DNA of 64,000 bases. Source: Myxococcales bacterium (GTDB lineage Bacteria; Desulfobacterota; Binatia; HRBIN30). Below, in pieces: positions 18,658-28,439 of the stretch; the stretch's first letter is position 1; each line of letters starts with the position of its first letter. A program made the position numbers and the translations under genes. The stretch covers positions 64,001 through 128,000 of the forward strand of contig JBBILD010000010.1 of NCBI GenBank assembly GCA_037445065.1. The letters run 5' to 3'. The notes under the pieces are model-generated. The model was not told the DNA's origin, did not search any database, and saw only the letters and a program-made list of their open reading frames with translations.

Positions 18658-18670
18658 GCCCGCGCTGGCC

Positions 18671-20266
18671 ATGCCTGTTTTGCCGACCCGCATCGACCCC
18701 AAGTCCGAAGCCTTCCGCAGCAACTACCAGGCAATGCTCGAGCAAGTGCGCTTTCTCGAAGAGCAGCTTGCTCTGGCGCGCGCGGGAGGGGGCGAGAAGT
18801 ACGTGCAACGCCACCGGGAACGCGGCAAGCTCTTGCCGCGCGAGCGGATCGAGTTGCTGCTCGATCGGGACTCTCCGTTCCTCGAACTCTCACCGCTGGC
18901 GGCCTGGGGCACCGAGTACACGGTGGGAGCGGGTGTGGTCACGGGAATCGGGGTGGTCAGCGGCGTCGAGTGCGTCATTGTCGCCAACGATCCGACCGTC
19001 AAAGGCGGCGCGATCAACCCGTACGGCCTGCAAAAGAACCTGCGGGCCATGGAAATTGCAGCCAAGAACCGCCTCCCCCTGATCAACCTCACCGAGTCGG
19101 CCGGGGCAGACCTCCCCGTGCAAGCGCAAATCTTCGTGCCCGGAGGCAAGACCTTCCGCGAACTCACGCGTCGCTCGGCAGAGCGCATCCCCACCATTTG
19201 CCTCGTGTTCGGAAGCTCCACTGCCGGAGGCGCCTACGTGCCGGGCATGTCGGACTACGTGGTGATGGTCAAAGGGCAAGCCAAGGTTTTCCTCGGCGGG
19301 CCGCCACTGGTGAAAATGGCCACCAACGAGGATGCCGACGAAGAAACCCTAGGCGGAGCCGAGATGCACAGCCGCGTCTCCGGGGTATCGGACTACTTGG
19401 CCGAGGATGAGTACGATGCCATCCGCATCGGGCGCGAGATCGTTGCTCACCTGAACTGGCGCAAGCTCGGCGAAGCGCGGCTGCAGCAACCGGAAGACCC
19501 TCGGTACGACCCGGATGAGCTTCTCGGCATCGGTTCGATGGATTTGCGCAAACCGTTCGAGGTGCGCGAAGTGATTGCGCGCATCGTAGATGGCTCGCGA
19601 TTCGAGGAATTCAAAGCCAACTACGGCACAACCCTGGTCACTGGTTGGGCTCACCTACACGGGTTCCCGCTCGGCATCGTCGCCAACAACGGGATTTTGT
19701 TTTCCGAATCCTCGCAAAAGGCGGCCCAATTCATCCAGCTCTGCAACAAGATCGACGTGCCGATTTTGTTCTTGCAAAACATCACCGGCTACATGGTCGG
19801 GGTCCAGTACGAACAAGGGGGGATCATCAAGGACGGCGCAAAAATGATCAACGCGGTCGCGAACTCTACCGTGCCGATGTTTACCGTGATGATCGGCAGC
19901 TCCTACGGAGCCGGCAATTACGGAATGTGTGGGCGGGCCTACGACCCGCGCTTTTTGTTTACCTGGCCCAACCACCGCATCGCGGTGATGGGTCCGGAAC
20001 AGCTTGCCGGGGTCATGTCCATCGTGCGCCGTCAAGCGGCCGAGCGCGCTGGCCAAACCTATGACGAGGAGCAAGACCGGCTCGTGCGGCAGATGGTCAT
20101 CGAACAAATCGAGAAGGAGTCCAACGCGTTTTATGCAACCGCCCGCATCTGGGACGATGGTATCATTGACCCGCGCCAGACGCGCAACGTACTGGCCATC
20201 GCCCTCAGCGCATCCTTCAGCAACTTGGTGCGCGGCACCGATACCTACGGTGTGTTCCGGATGTGA
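18671..20266 (+). CDS. Acyl-CoA carboxylase beta (carboxyltransferase) subunit, geranyl-CoA carboxylase AtuC-like
   Basis: Motifs [58 protein letters not shown] and a C-terminal GVFRM. Confidence 0.9.
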   Translation: MPVLPTRIDPKSEAFRSNYQAMLEQVRFLEEQLALARAGGGEKYVQRHRERGKLLPRERIELLLDRDSPFLELSPLAAWGTEYTVGAGVVTGIGVVSGVECVIVANDPTVKGGAINPYGLQKNLRAMEIAAKNRLPLINLTESAGADLPVQAQIFVPGGKTFRELTRRSAERIPTICLVFGSSTAGGAYVPGMSDYVVMVKGQAKVFLGGPPLVKMATNEDADEETLGGAEMHSRVSGVSDYLAEDEYDAIRIGREIVAHLNWRKLGEARLQQPEDPRYDPDELLGIGSMDLRKPFEVREVIARIVDGSRFEEFKANYGTTLVTGWAHLHGFPLGIVANNGILFSESSQKAAQFIQLCNKIDVPILFLQNITGYMVGVQYEQGGIIKDGAKMINAVANSTVPMFTVMIGSSYGAGNYGMCGRAYDPRFLFTWPNHRIAVMGPEQLAGVMSIVRRQAAERAGQTYDEEQDRLVRQMVIEQIEKESNAFYATARIWDDGIIDPRQTRNVLAIALSASFSNLVRGTDTYGVFRM

Positions 20267-20284
20267 GCGAGCAGGACGGAGAGT

Positions 20285-22285
20285 ATGAAACCCATCCGCA
20301 AAGTATTGGTGGCAAACCGCGGGGAGATCGCACGGCGCATTTTCCGCGCCTGCCGTGCCCTCGGCTTCGAAACCGTAGCCGTGTATGCCGACCCTGATCG
20401 CGAGGCACCGTTCGTACGCGAGGCGGACGAGGCAGTCTACATCGGCTCGCCGGTCACCGGCGGATCGTTTCTGGCATTCGAAGCGATTTTGCACGCCGCG
20501 GCGCTCACCGGCGCCGATGCTGTGCATCCTGGCTACGGTTTTCTGGCAGAAAACGCAGACTTCGCGGAAGCCTGCGAACGACAAGGTCTTTGTTTTGTGG
20601 GGCCGCCGGTTGCAGCAATCCGTGCCATGGGCACCAAAATCGATGCGAAAACCATCGCCCAAAACGCTGGCGTACCGATCATTCCGGGCTTTTCTGCTGC
20701 CGGGCTCAGCGACGAGGAGATCGTGCGCAGAGCGCGCCAGTTGCGCTTTCCCCTCCTGGTCAAAGCCTCGGCCGGTGGCGGGGGAAAAGGCATGCGCCGG
20801 GTGGACTCACCGGAGGCTCTGGCGGCGGCGCTGGCTCCGGCGCGGCGAGAGGCACAAGCCGCTTTCGGTGACGACACGTTGCTGATCGAGCGATACATCG
20901 AACATCCGCGCCACATCGAAATCCAAATTTTTGGCGACCAGCACGGAAACATCGTGCACTTGTTCGAGCGCGAGTGCTCCATCCAACGCCGCTACCAAAA
21001 AATCATCGAGGAGGCACCTTCGCCTTTCGTCAACGATGTGTTGCGCGAGCGCATGGGGGCAGCCGCCGTCGCACTCGCTCGTAGCCTCGGGTACTACAGC
21101 GCCGGGACCGTCGAGTTCGTGGTCGACCGCGATGGGAACTTTTACTTCCTCGAGGTCAACACGCGCCTGCAAGTCGAGCATCCCGTCACCGAAGAAATCA
21201 CCGGCATCGATCTAGTCCAGCTCCAGTTCTCCGTGGCGCAAGGGGAGCCACTCCCGTTTGCGCAAGAAGACTTGTGCATCTCCGGGCATGCGATCGAGGC
21301 GCGCTTGTACGCGGAAGATCCCGAACACGATTTCTTGCCGTCTACCGGCACACTGGCCGTTTGGCAACCGCGCCCAAGCACCGGAGTTCGCTACGAAAGC
21401 GGAGTGGAGGCCGGGTCCGCGGTCACCATTCACTACGACCCGATGCTCGCCAAGATCATTGCCCGCGGCTCTCATCGCACCCAGGCCATACGCCGCTTGC
21501 GCACGGCGCTGGCCTCGCTGCGGGTCCACGGCGTGCGCACCAACCGCGACTTCTTGCTTGCCATTCTGGACCATCCGGAATTTGCCGCCGGAGCCACCGA
21601 CACCCACTTTATCCCCCGCCACTTCCCGACGTTCTCGCGCAACCAAACCGGGCAGACCGATCGCTTGCATGCCCTCGCCGCCGCACTCTGGGAACAAGCC
21701 GAACGGCGCCGCGCCTCGCCTGTGCTGCGCTCTCTACCCTCCGGCTGGCGCAACAACCCGAGCCAACGGCAGTGGTGCGAGTACGCCGCCGGAGCCGACA
21801 CAGTACGGGTGGAGTACCGAGTCCTGGAGCGGGGAGAGGTCGAGGCGCTCGTGAACGGCGCACCTCACAACGCCCGCATCGTGAGCGCGGATGGCGCTGG
21901 TATCGCGCTCGAGGTGGACCAGGTGCGCCGCTACTTCGAGGTGGTGGCACAAGGAGAATGGCGGTACGTAGACAGCGTCCTGGGCAGCAGCGCCTTGCGG
22001 GAGCTACCGCGCTTCCCGGAACCGCAGAGCGAGCGGGTGGAGGGCGGCTGCAGCGCGCCGATGCCAGGCAAAATCATTGACGTGCGCGTGCGCGCCGGAG
22101 ACCGGGTCCGCCGTGGCGACGTGCTGGTCATCCTGGAGGCCATGAAGATGGAACACGAAGTCAGTGCGCCTGCCGACGGCGTGGTGCGCGAGGTGCGGGT
22201 CGAGGTTGGGCAACAAGTGGAAGCCGGAAGTCTCCTAGTCGTACTGGAGGAAACCACCAGTGAGGAGGGAAGAGCCAATGAGTGA
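20285..22285 (+). CDS. Acyl-CoA carboxylase alpha subunit (biotin carboxylase + BCCP), AtuF/LiuD-like
   Basis: Motifs VLVANRGEIA, HPGYGFLAEN, GGGGKGMR, ERECSIQRR, FLEVNTRLQVEHPVTE and the biotinylation site EAMKME. Confidence 0.93.
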   Translation: MKPIRKVLVANRGEIARRIFRACRALGFETVAVYADPDREAPFVREADEAVYIGSPVTGGSFLAFEAILHAAALTGADAVHPGYGFLAENADFAEACERQGLCFVGPPVAAIRAMGTKIDAKTIAQNAGVPIIPGFSAAGLSDEEIVRRARQLRFPLLVKASAGGGGKGMRRVDSPEALAAALAPARREAQAAFGDDTLLIERYIEHPRHIEIQIFGDQHGNIVHLFERECSIQRRYQKIIEEAPSPFVNDVLRERMGAAAVALARSLGYYSAGTVEFVVDRDGNFYFLEVNTRLQVEHPVTEEITGIDLVQLQFSVAQGEPLPFAQEDLCISGHAIEARLYAEDPEHDFLPSTGTLAVWQPRPSTGVRYESGVEAGSAVTIHYDPMLAKIIARGSHRTQAIRRLRTALASLRVHGVRTNRDFLLAILDHPEFAAGATDTHFIPRHFPTFSRNQTGQTDRLHALAAALWEQAERRRASPVLRSLPSGWRNNPSQRQWCEYAAGADTVRVEYRVLERGEVEALVNGAPHNARIVSADGAGIALEVDQVRRYFEVVAQGEWRYVDSVLGSSALRELPRFPEPQSERVEGGCSAPMPGKIIDVRVRAGDRVRRGDVLVILEAMKMEHEVSAPADGVVREVRVEVGQQVEAGSLLVVLEETTSEEGRANE

Positions 22286-23039
22286 CCCGGTACTCTACGA
22301 GGTCGAGGGCTTCGCTGCACGCCTCACCTTAGCCCGGCCGGAGCGCCGGAATGCTCTTAGCGACGATTTGGTGGATGCTCTCCTCAGCGGCCTGCGGCGC
22401 GCGCTGGCCGACGAGCACGTGCGGGTGGTGGTGCTGACCGCGCAAGGCAACACGTTCTGCGCAGGAGCGGATCTCAAGGCCGGAGGCGTCGCACGGCGCA
22501 GCGGCGAACAACCCTTCGTAACGCTACTCCGGACTTTGTGGGACTCCCCAAAGCCCGTCATCGGCTGCATCCCTGGTTCGGCCTACGGCGGCGGGGTTGG
22601 ACTCATGGCTGCGTGCGACCTCGTGCTCGCCGCCGAGGAGGCGAGTTTTGCCTTTAGCGAGGTGCGCATCGGGGTGGTTCCAGCAATGATTTCGGTCGTG
22701 GTGCTGCCTAAAATCGGCATCCAGCACGGCATGTGGCTCTTTCTCACGGGCGAGCGCTTCGATGCCCGGCGCGCCCAGGAAATCGGGCTCGTGCACCGCG
22801 TTCTGCCGCGGCAGGAACTCAGCCGCGGCTTGCAGGAACTCCTCGAGATGTTGCGCCTTGCCGGGCCGAAAGCCCTACAGCACGCCAAGTGGCTGGTTCG
22901 CAACGTGCCTGGCATGCCCATGCAAGAAGCCTTCGCCCGCACGAGTACTCTGATCGCTGAGCTGTTCGCTTCCCCCGAGGCACAAGAAGGCATGCGCGCC
23001 TTCGCGGAGAAGCGCCAGCCAAGCTGGGCGAGCGAGTGA
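22278..23039 (+). CDS. Enoyl-CoA hydratase/isomerase (AtuE / methylglutaconyl-CoA hydratase-like)
   Basis: Motifs FCAGADL, AYGGGVGL..ACD, FSEVRIGVVP and EGMRAF.EKR.P.W. ATG 22278 follows GAGGAGGG and overlaps the upstream gene. Confidence 0.9.
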   Translation: MSDPVLYEVEGFAARLTLARPERRNALSDDLVDALLSGLRRALADEHVRVVVLTAQGNTFCAGADLKAGGVARRSGEQPFVTLLRTLWDSPKPVIGCIPGSAYGGGVGLMAACDLVLAAEEASFAFSEVRIGVVPAMISVVVLPKIGIQHGMWLFLTGERFDARRAQEIGLVHRVLPRQELSRGLQELLEMLRLAGPKALQHAKWLVRNVPGMPMQEAFARTSTLIAELFASPEAQEGMRAFAEKRQPSWASE

Positions 23040-23142
23040 GGGTGGATCGAAGGGGAATGTCCTACACTGCAGCACCGAGGTTTTCCTGCGCAACGATGGG
23101 ACGCACGAAACGGGAACAGGAAGATTTTGTTCGCTGAGAGCC

Positions 23143-24546
23143 ATGACCCAGGCTGAACGACTGGCCACCTTTGCTTGCAACGCACGCTTCGAGCAGCTTT
23201 CCCCGGAGGCCCGCCAGGCACTGAAGACCCGGATTCTCGACGCACTCGGTTGTGCCCTCGGGGCCCTGGGCGGCGAGCCGATGCGTGCCTTGCGACGGCA
23301 CTTGCGGAGCGTTGGAGGCAAGCGGCTCAGCACCTTGATTGGCGGAGGAAAAACAGCTCCGGACCGCGCTGCATTCTTTAACTCCGCCCTGGTGCGGTAC
23401 TTGGACTTCAACGACAGCTACCTCGCCAAAGGCGAAACTTGCCACCCGAGCGACAACTTCGGTGCGGTGCTGGCTGCTTGCGATCACTTGGACCGGAGCG
23501 GCGATGAGCTCTTGACTTCGCTCGCTGTCGCCTACCAAGTGCAGTGTCGCTTGAGTGATGCCGCGCCGGTCCGGCACAAGGGTTTCGACCACACGACGCA
23601 GGGATCTTATGCAGTAGCCGCCGGTGTGGCCCGCGCACTACGACTGCCACCTCAGCAGGCCGCACATGCCATCGCCCTGGCGGGCACCGCACTCAATGCG
23701 CTGCGGGTGACCCGTACCGGGCAGCTTTCCCATTGGAAAGGGCTTGCTTACCCGCATACCGCGTTTGCCGCCACCCACCTGACCTACCTCGCCGCGCAGG
23801 GAATCACTGGCCCTATCGAAGTGTTCGAGGGAAACAAAGGCTTTTGCGAAGCCATTGCCGGGCCGTTTTCGATCGACTGGCAGCGCGAAGATCTCGAACG
23901 CGTGCGGCGCACGATCGTGAAGAAATACAACGCCGAGATCCACTCGCAGTCGGTTCTCGAGGGCGTGCTCGAGCTCCGCGAGACTCACCACTTCACGGGC
24001 GAAGATGTGGTACAAGTCCGCATTGACATCTTCGACGTGGCCTATCACATCATCGGCGGTGGTGAGGAAGGGAACAAGATCATCGTACGCACCAAGGAAG
24101 AAGCCGACCACAGCCTGCCATACATGGTAGCGGTTGCGCTGCTCGACGGAGAGGTGTGGCCGGAACAGTACCGACCGGAACGGATCGCGCGCCAGGATGT
24201 GCAGTCCTTGCTGCGCCGAGTAAACGTGCGCCCGGATCCCGAGTTCAGCCGCCGCTTCCCGGAGGAAATGCCTTGCCGGATCCAGGTAGAGCTACGCGAC
24301 GGGCGCATCTTGCAAGCGGAAAAGCGCGACTACGAAGGCTTTCACACCCGGCCCATGCCGTGGCAGGCAGTGGTAACCAAGTTTCGCCGCTTGGCGGCTT
24401 CGTCTTTGCCCGCGGCGCTTCTTACCCAAGTGATCGAACTGGTAGAACAACTGGACAACATCCGAGTGCGCGATCTGACAGCGCTGCTCGCACGCGGTCG
24501 AATCCCTCGTGGCAAACGGAGAGAACCTCATGGCGAAACAAGGTAG
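23143..24546 (+). CDS. MmgE/PrpD family protein (2-methylcitrate dehydratase-like)
   Basis: Motifs VRYLDFNDSY, CHPSDN, GFDHTT, LSHWKG, FEGNKG and EEADHSLPY. Confidence 0.88.
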   Translation: MTQAERLATFACNARFEQLSPEARQALKTRILDALGCALGALGGEPMRALRRHLRSVGGKRLSTLIGGGKTAPDRAAFFNSALVRYLDFNDSYLAKGETCHPSDNFGAVLAACDHLDRSGDELLTSLAVAYQVQCRLSDAAPVRHKGFDHTTQGSYAVAAGVARALRLPPQQAAHAIALAGTALNALRVTRTGQLSHWKGLAYPHTAFAATHLTYLAAQGITGPIEVFEGNKGFCEAIAGPFSIDWQREDLERVRRTIVKKYNAEIHSQSVLEGVLELRETHHFTGEDVVQVRIDIFDVAYHIIGGGEEGNKIIVRTKEEADHSLPYMVAVALLDGEVWPEQYRPERIARQDVQSLLRRVNVRPDPEFSRRFPEEMPCRIQVELRDGRILQAEKRDYEGFHTRPMPWQAVVTKFRRLAASSLPAALLTQVIELVEQLDNIRVRDLTALLARGRIPRGKRREPHGETR

Positions 24547-25369
24547 GGACGAGGAGCGAGCGTTTTCCTTTTTGCCCCTGAACGAGCGCGAACCAAAGCC
24601 GCGACGGCGGGGCGTTACAGAAATCCGCGGCCCGTATTACACGCCCATGGGCACGCGCTACCTCGAGGACATACTGGAAACCATGGGTCGCTATGTGGAT
24701 GCACTCAAATTCGCTGGCGGCTCGTTTGCGCTCATGCCGCGGCGGGCTGTGCGCGCGCTCATCGAACTGTGCCACCGCCACGAAGTGCTGGTATCCACGG
24801 GCGGGTTTGTCGAACGCGTCCTGACGTACGGCCGCGACGCCGTGGATGCCTATTTGAAGGAGTGCAAGGACTTGGGCTTCGACATCATCGAGGTGTCCAC
24901 AGGGTTCATCACCCTGCCCGCAGACGACTGGCTGCGGCTGGTCGAGCGGGTCCACAAGCTCGGGCTCAAGGCAAAGCCGGAGGTCGGGATCCAGTTCGGC
25001 GCCGGCGGCGCCACCAGCGCAGCCGAACTTGCCGCTGAGGGAACCCGGGATGTTGGCTGGGCGGTCGAGCAGGCAAAGCGTTTTCTCGACGCCGGAGCGT
25101 ACATGATCCTGGTGGAATCCGAAGGCATCACCGAAAGCGTGACCGAGTGGCGCACCGACGTCCCAGGTCGCTTTGTCAGTGCTCTCGGGCTGGAAAACGT
25201 GATGTTCGAGGCGGCGGATCCAGCAGTGTTTGCTTGGTACGTGAAGAATTACGGGCCAGAGGTGAACCTGTTCATTGACCACAGTCAGATCGTCCAGCTC
25301 GAGGCACTCCGTTCCGGCATTTGGGGGACCAAGAGCCTGTGGGGGCGCGTGGTCACCTTCAAAGGCTGA
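24530..25369 (+). CDS. comA: Phosphosulfolactate synthase family protein (ComA / HSA32-like)
   Basis: Motifs KPR..GVTEIRGPYY, LKFAGGS, VSTGG, GFDIIEVSTG, KPEVG, ESEGITE, MFEAA, YGPEVNLF and LEALRSG. Confidence 0.85.
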   Translation: MAKQGRDEERAFSFLPLNEREPKPRRRGVTEIRGPYYTPMGTRYLEDILETMGRYVDALKFAGGSFALMPRRAVRALIELCHRHEVLVSTGGFVERVLTYGRDAVDAYLKECKDLGFDIIEVSTGFITLPADDWLRLVERVHKLGLKAKPEVGIQFGAGGATSAAELAAEGTRDVGWAVEQAKRFLDAGAYMILVESEGITESVTEWRTDVPGRFVSALGLENVMFEAADPAVFAWYVKNYGPEVNLFIDHSQIVQLEALRSGIWGTKSLWGRVVTFKG

Positions 25370-25378
25370 GGGCTCGCA

Positions 25379-25945
25379 TCAGGAACGAGGCGGGTACTTG
25401 CGCAGCTTTCGCTGGAGCGAGCGACGGTGCATGCCCAGCCGCCGGGCAGCTTCCGAGACATTTCCACCACAATCGGCCAAAACGCGGTTGATGTGTTCCC
25501 ATTCGGCGCGGGCCAGCGAGGGAGCCACGTATTCGGGCGATGGTTCCAGAGGAGGTGCGCTGGCACGGGCAAAGGCCGCGAGCACATCGTCCGCATCGGC
25601 CGGCTTGCTCACGTAGTACGCAGCACCCAGGCGAATCGCCTCGATTGCGGTCGCAATGCTGCCGTAGCCGGTGAGTACCAAGATTTTCGTGCCGGCGCAG
25701 AGGGCATGCAGGTCGCGAGTCAGCTCCAAACCCGAACGCCCGACCAGCCGCAAGTCAATCACGGCCAAATCCGGGGGCTGCTCGCGGGCAAGCTCCATGG
25801 CTTGCTCGTAGCCCGCCGCGCTGCGCACCTTGAGCCCGCGCTGGAGCAGCGCTCGAGCCAGGCGCTCGCGAAACACCTCGTCGTCATCCACCAAGAGCAG
25901 GTCCTTCCCCTTGAACTCAGCTACCGGCTCGACTGCCTCGTCCAT
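25379..25945 (-). CDS. regA: ActR/PrrA/RegA family response regulator
   Basis: Receiver motifs LLVDDD, VIDLRL, LTGYGSIATAIEA and KP, plus the RegA-type HTH WEHINRVL..CGGNVSEAARRLGMHRRSLQRKL. Confidence 0.9.
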   Translation of the reverse strand: MDEAVEPVAEFKGKDLLLVDDDEVFRERLARALLQRGLKVRSAAGYEQAMELAREQPPDLAVIDLRLVGRSGLELTRDLHALCAGTKILVLTGYGSIATAIEAIRLGAAYYVSKPADADDVLAAFARASAPPLEPSPEYVAPSLARAEWEHINRVLADCGGNVSEAARRLGMHRRSLQRKLRKYPPRS

Positions 25946-27284
25946 GCTCGGTCACCTCGATTTCTCCTCGCTCGTGCGCCGCAACGGCTTTTTGCCAACG
26001 ATTGCGCGTGCAAACACTTCCCGCCGGCAGCACGAGGCGTGCCACGGTTCCCTGCCCGGCGGCCGATTCCAGCTCGAGTCGCCCGCCGATTTGCTCCATC
26101 GTGGAGCCCGCCAAGAACAAGCCTAGTCCGATTCCCTGGCCGGGTGGTTTGGTGGTGAAAAACGGCTCGCCGGCATGCGCCAACACCTCTGCCGGCATTC
26201 CCGCACCACAGTCGCGCACCTCCAAGCACAGTTGTCCGTTGCGTTGCGACAACCCGACCTCCACGACATTGCCTCCAGTCGATGCCTGCACTGCGTTCTT
26301 GACCAAGCTGCGTAACGCACGCCGCAACGCCTGCACCGGCACCGATACGCGTTGGCCCGCGACCTCCGGCGCCACGTGCACGCGAATACGGATCTTCTCT
26401 TCCCCCCACTGGCTCACCCCGGCAAGCAGCTCACTGGCCTCGACTTCTTGCGCCGCCTCGCCCACGCCGTTGCCAGCTTCCACCGCCATTTGCTGCAGGA
26501 TTTCTTGGCAGCGCCGCACCTGCTGCCGAATCAAGCGAACGTCCTGAATCCACTCGGCACCCCCCTGGGCGGCAGATCGTTCGAGTTCCTTTGCCGCTAC
26601 GGCGATTGTCGAGAGCGGGGTGCCGAGTTCGTGCGCCGCACCGGCGGCCATGGTCGCCAGCGAGGCAAAGCGGATCTGGCGTTGGGCGAGGTCACGCGCT
26701 GCCTCCAGTTCGGCTTCGCGCTCTGCCAGCGCTTGTTGAACCCGCGCCACGAAGTACACCACGAACAGCGCGCTCACGGCAAACGCCACATACATGCCGT
26801 ACAAGTGCCAGTGCAGGTGATGACTGTGCACGGCTTCACTGGGCAGCTCACCGTCCCATGCCGGAAGCACGAACAAAGCTCCGAAGCCGGCCAACGCAAC
26901 GCAAGCAAGCAACCATGCGGAACGCGGCTGCAAGGTGGCCGCGGCCAGCGCGACATGCACCATATAGAGGAAAGAAAATGGGTTCAGCGGCCCCCCGGTC
27001 AGATAGAGCAAAGCGGTGAGCAGCAGCACATCGACAGCCAGCAACCCGGTAAGCCAGCCTTCGGTCGGTGACTTGCGGCTGGCTACCCAGTGCCCGAGCA
27101 GGTTGCTAGCGGCTTCGAACCCAACGACTGCAACCAGCGGTAGCCAAGGAAGCCGCATCCCCAGAGCGAGTTCCACCGCCGTAAACACCAACAGTTGCCC
27201 GGCAACCGCCACCCACCGCAGGCGGAGTAGCCAGGCAAACTGGATTCCCTCTGCAGATGAAGCGCTCGGCTTCGGTACTCGCAT
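25917..27284 (-). CDS. regB: ActS/PrrB/RegB family sensor histidine kinase
   Basis: Motifs LRLRWVAVAGQ, quinone-site GGPLNPF, H-box AAHELGTPL, redox Cys in RRCQEIL, and ATPase boxes N, DCGAG, PFFTTK and GIGLGLF. Confidence 0.88.
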   Translation of the reverse strand: MRVPKPSASSAEGIQFAWLLRLRWVAVAGQLLVFTAVELALGMRLPWLPLVAVVGFEAASNLLGHWVASRKSPTEGWLTGLLAVDVLLLTALLYLTGGPLNPFSFLYMVHVALAAATLQPRSAWLLACVALAGFGALFVLPAWDGELPSEAVHSHHLHWHLYGMYVAFAVSALFVVYFVARVQQALAEREAELEAARDLAQRQIRFASLATMAAGAAHELGTPLSTIAVAAKELERSAAQGGAEWIQDVRLIRQQVRRCQEILQQMAVEAGNGVGEAAQEVEASELLAGVSQWGEEKIRIRVHVAPEVAGQRVSVPVQALRRALRSLVKNAVQASTGGNVVEVGLSQRNGQLCLEVRDCGAGMPAEVLAHAGEPFFTTKPPGQGIGLGLFLAGSTMEQIGGRLELESAAGQGTVARLVLPAGSVCTRNRWQKAVAAHERGEIEVTEHGRGSRAGS

Positions 27285-27354
27285 GGCGCCAGCTGTGCTC
27301 GGCTCAGCACTATGGCAAAGCGAACAAGCCAGAGCGAGGTGTTCGGGCCAGTGC

Positions 27355-27369
27355 GCGACATCTTGCCGC
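27355..27369. promoter_or_regulatory. RegA/RegR box
   Basis: GCGAC-ATCTT-GCCGC, whose reverse complement is GCGGC-N5-GTCGC (the RegR-box consensus). It lies in the 122-bp divergent gap next to regB. Confidence 0.7.
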
Positions 27370-27406
27370 ATCCCGCGGCTTGGTGCCACTCGCTATCGGA
27401 CGTGCG

Positions 27407-28426
27407 ATGCAACACACGCGCTCGGTTGCCTTTGTACTGACCCTGCTCGCAAGCATCGCCGCGGGCCCCGCGCAGGCGTGCGACATCTGCGCGATTTACA
27501 CCTCCACCGAAATGCAGGAAGCCCGCACCGGGCTCCGTCTCTCGGTCGCCGAACAGTTCACTCGTTCGACCACTCTCCAACGCGATGGAGAAGAGGTGGA
27601 AAACCCCAATTCCGAGCGCCTGGAGAGTTCGATCACCCAAATAGTGGCGGGATACGCGCCTCACCCGCGCCTGCTCCTTCAAGTCAACCTGCCCGTGATC
27701 CACCGTGGATTCCGCCGCTTGGAAGCCGGCGGTGTGGCAAGCGGTGCGGAAAGTGGCATCGGCGACATTTCGCTGCACGCCCTCATGACCGCGTGGTCGC
27801 ACGTGTCGGAAAACTCCCTGCAGCGGATCAGCCTTCTCGCTGGGGTCAAAGTTCCCACTGGTAGCCCCAGTCGCCTGCGGGAAGAGATCGAGGAGAACCA
27901 CTCACACAGCGATCAGGCAGCCATTCCAGACCCGTTCCGCTCCCGGCTCTATCCACGCCACAGTGGAGAAGCGGTGGAAAGCGGCATCCACGGTCACGAC
28001 CTCGCTCTCGGCACAGGCTCTACCGACGTGATCCTCGGCCTGCACGGGCTGGTTACGTACAAGCGTTGGTATTGGAACGGCTTTACCCAGTACTTCGTGC
28101 GTACCGAGGGGTCTTTTGACTACACCTTTGCCAATGAACTCATCGTCAGCGGTGGCCCGGGTTACTTCGTGCTGCTCGACCATCGGCAGTCGCTCGGCTT
28201 GCAGTCACTGCTGACGTTGGACACCAAAGGTACGGATAGCCAAGCGGGCCGCCGGCTCCCCGACACCGGCGTTACGTTTCTGTATGCTGGGCCCGCCGCG
28301 CACTGGACATGGGGGACGCAACTCAGCGTAGACGCAGCTGTGGACATCCCCGTGATCCGCAATAACACGGACCTGCAGATCGTACCGGACTTTCGCTTGC
28401 GCGGTGGCCTCACCTGGCGTTTCTGA
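27407..28426 (+). CDS. Putative outer-membrane beta-barrel transporter with N-terminal CxxC and His-rich loop
   Basis: Signal peptide ending AQA-CDIC; motifs GIGDI, GVKVPTG, HGHDLALGTGSTD; alternating-pattern strands; C-terminal aromatic TWRF. Confidence 0.72.
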   Translation: MQHTRSVAFVLTLLASIAAGPAQACDICAIYTSTEMQEARTGLRLSVAEQFTRSTTLQRDGEEVENPNSERLESSITQIVAGYAPHPRLLLQVNLPVIHRGFRRLEAGGVASGAESGIGDISLHALMTAWSHVSENSLQRISLLAGVKVPTGSPSRLREEIEENHSHSDQAAIPDPFRSRLYPRHSGEAVESGIHGHDLALGTGSTDVILGLHGLVTYKRWYWNGFTQYFVRTEGSFDYTFANELIVSGGPGYFVLLDHRQSLGLQSLLTLDTKGTDSQAGRRLPDTGVTFLYAGPAAHWTWGTQLSVDAAVDIPVIRNNTDLQIVPDFRLRGGLTWRF

Positions 28427-28439
28427 CTGCCGACCAGCC

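Noticed and set aside
24530..25369. comA as proof of coenzyme M synthesis or methanogen-like metabolism
   Set aside because: No other CoM biosynthesis or CoM-using genes are in the window, and ComA homologues occur in many organisms that lack CoM.
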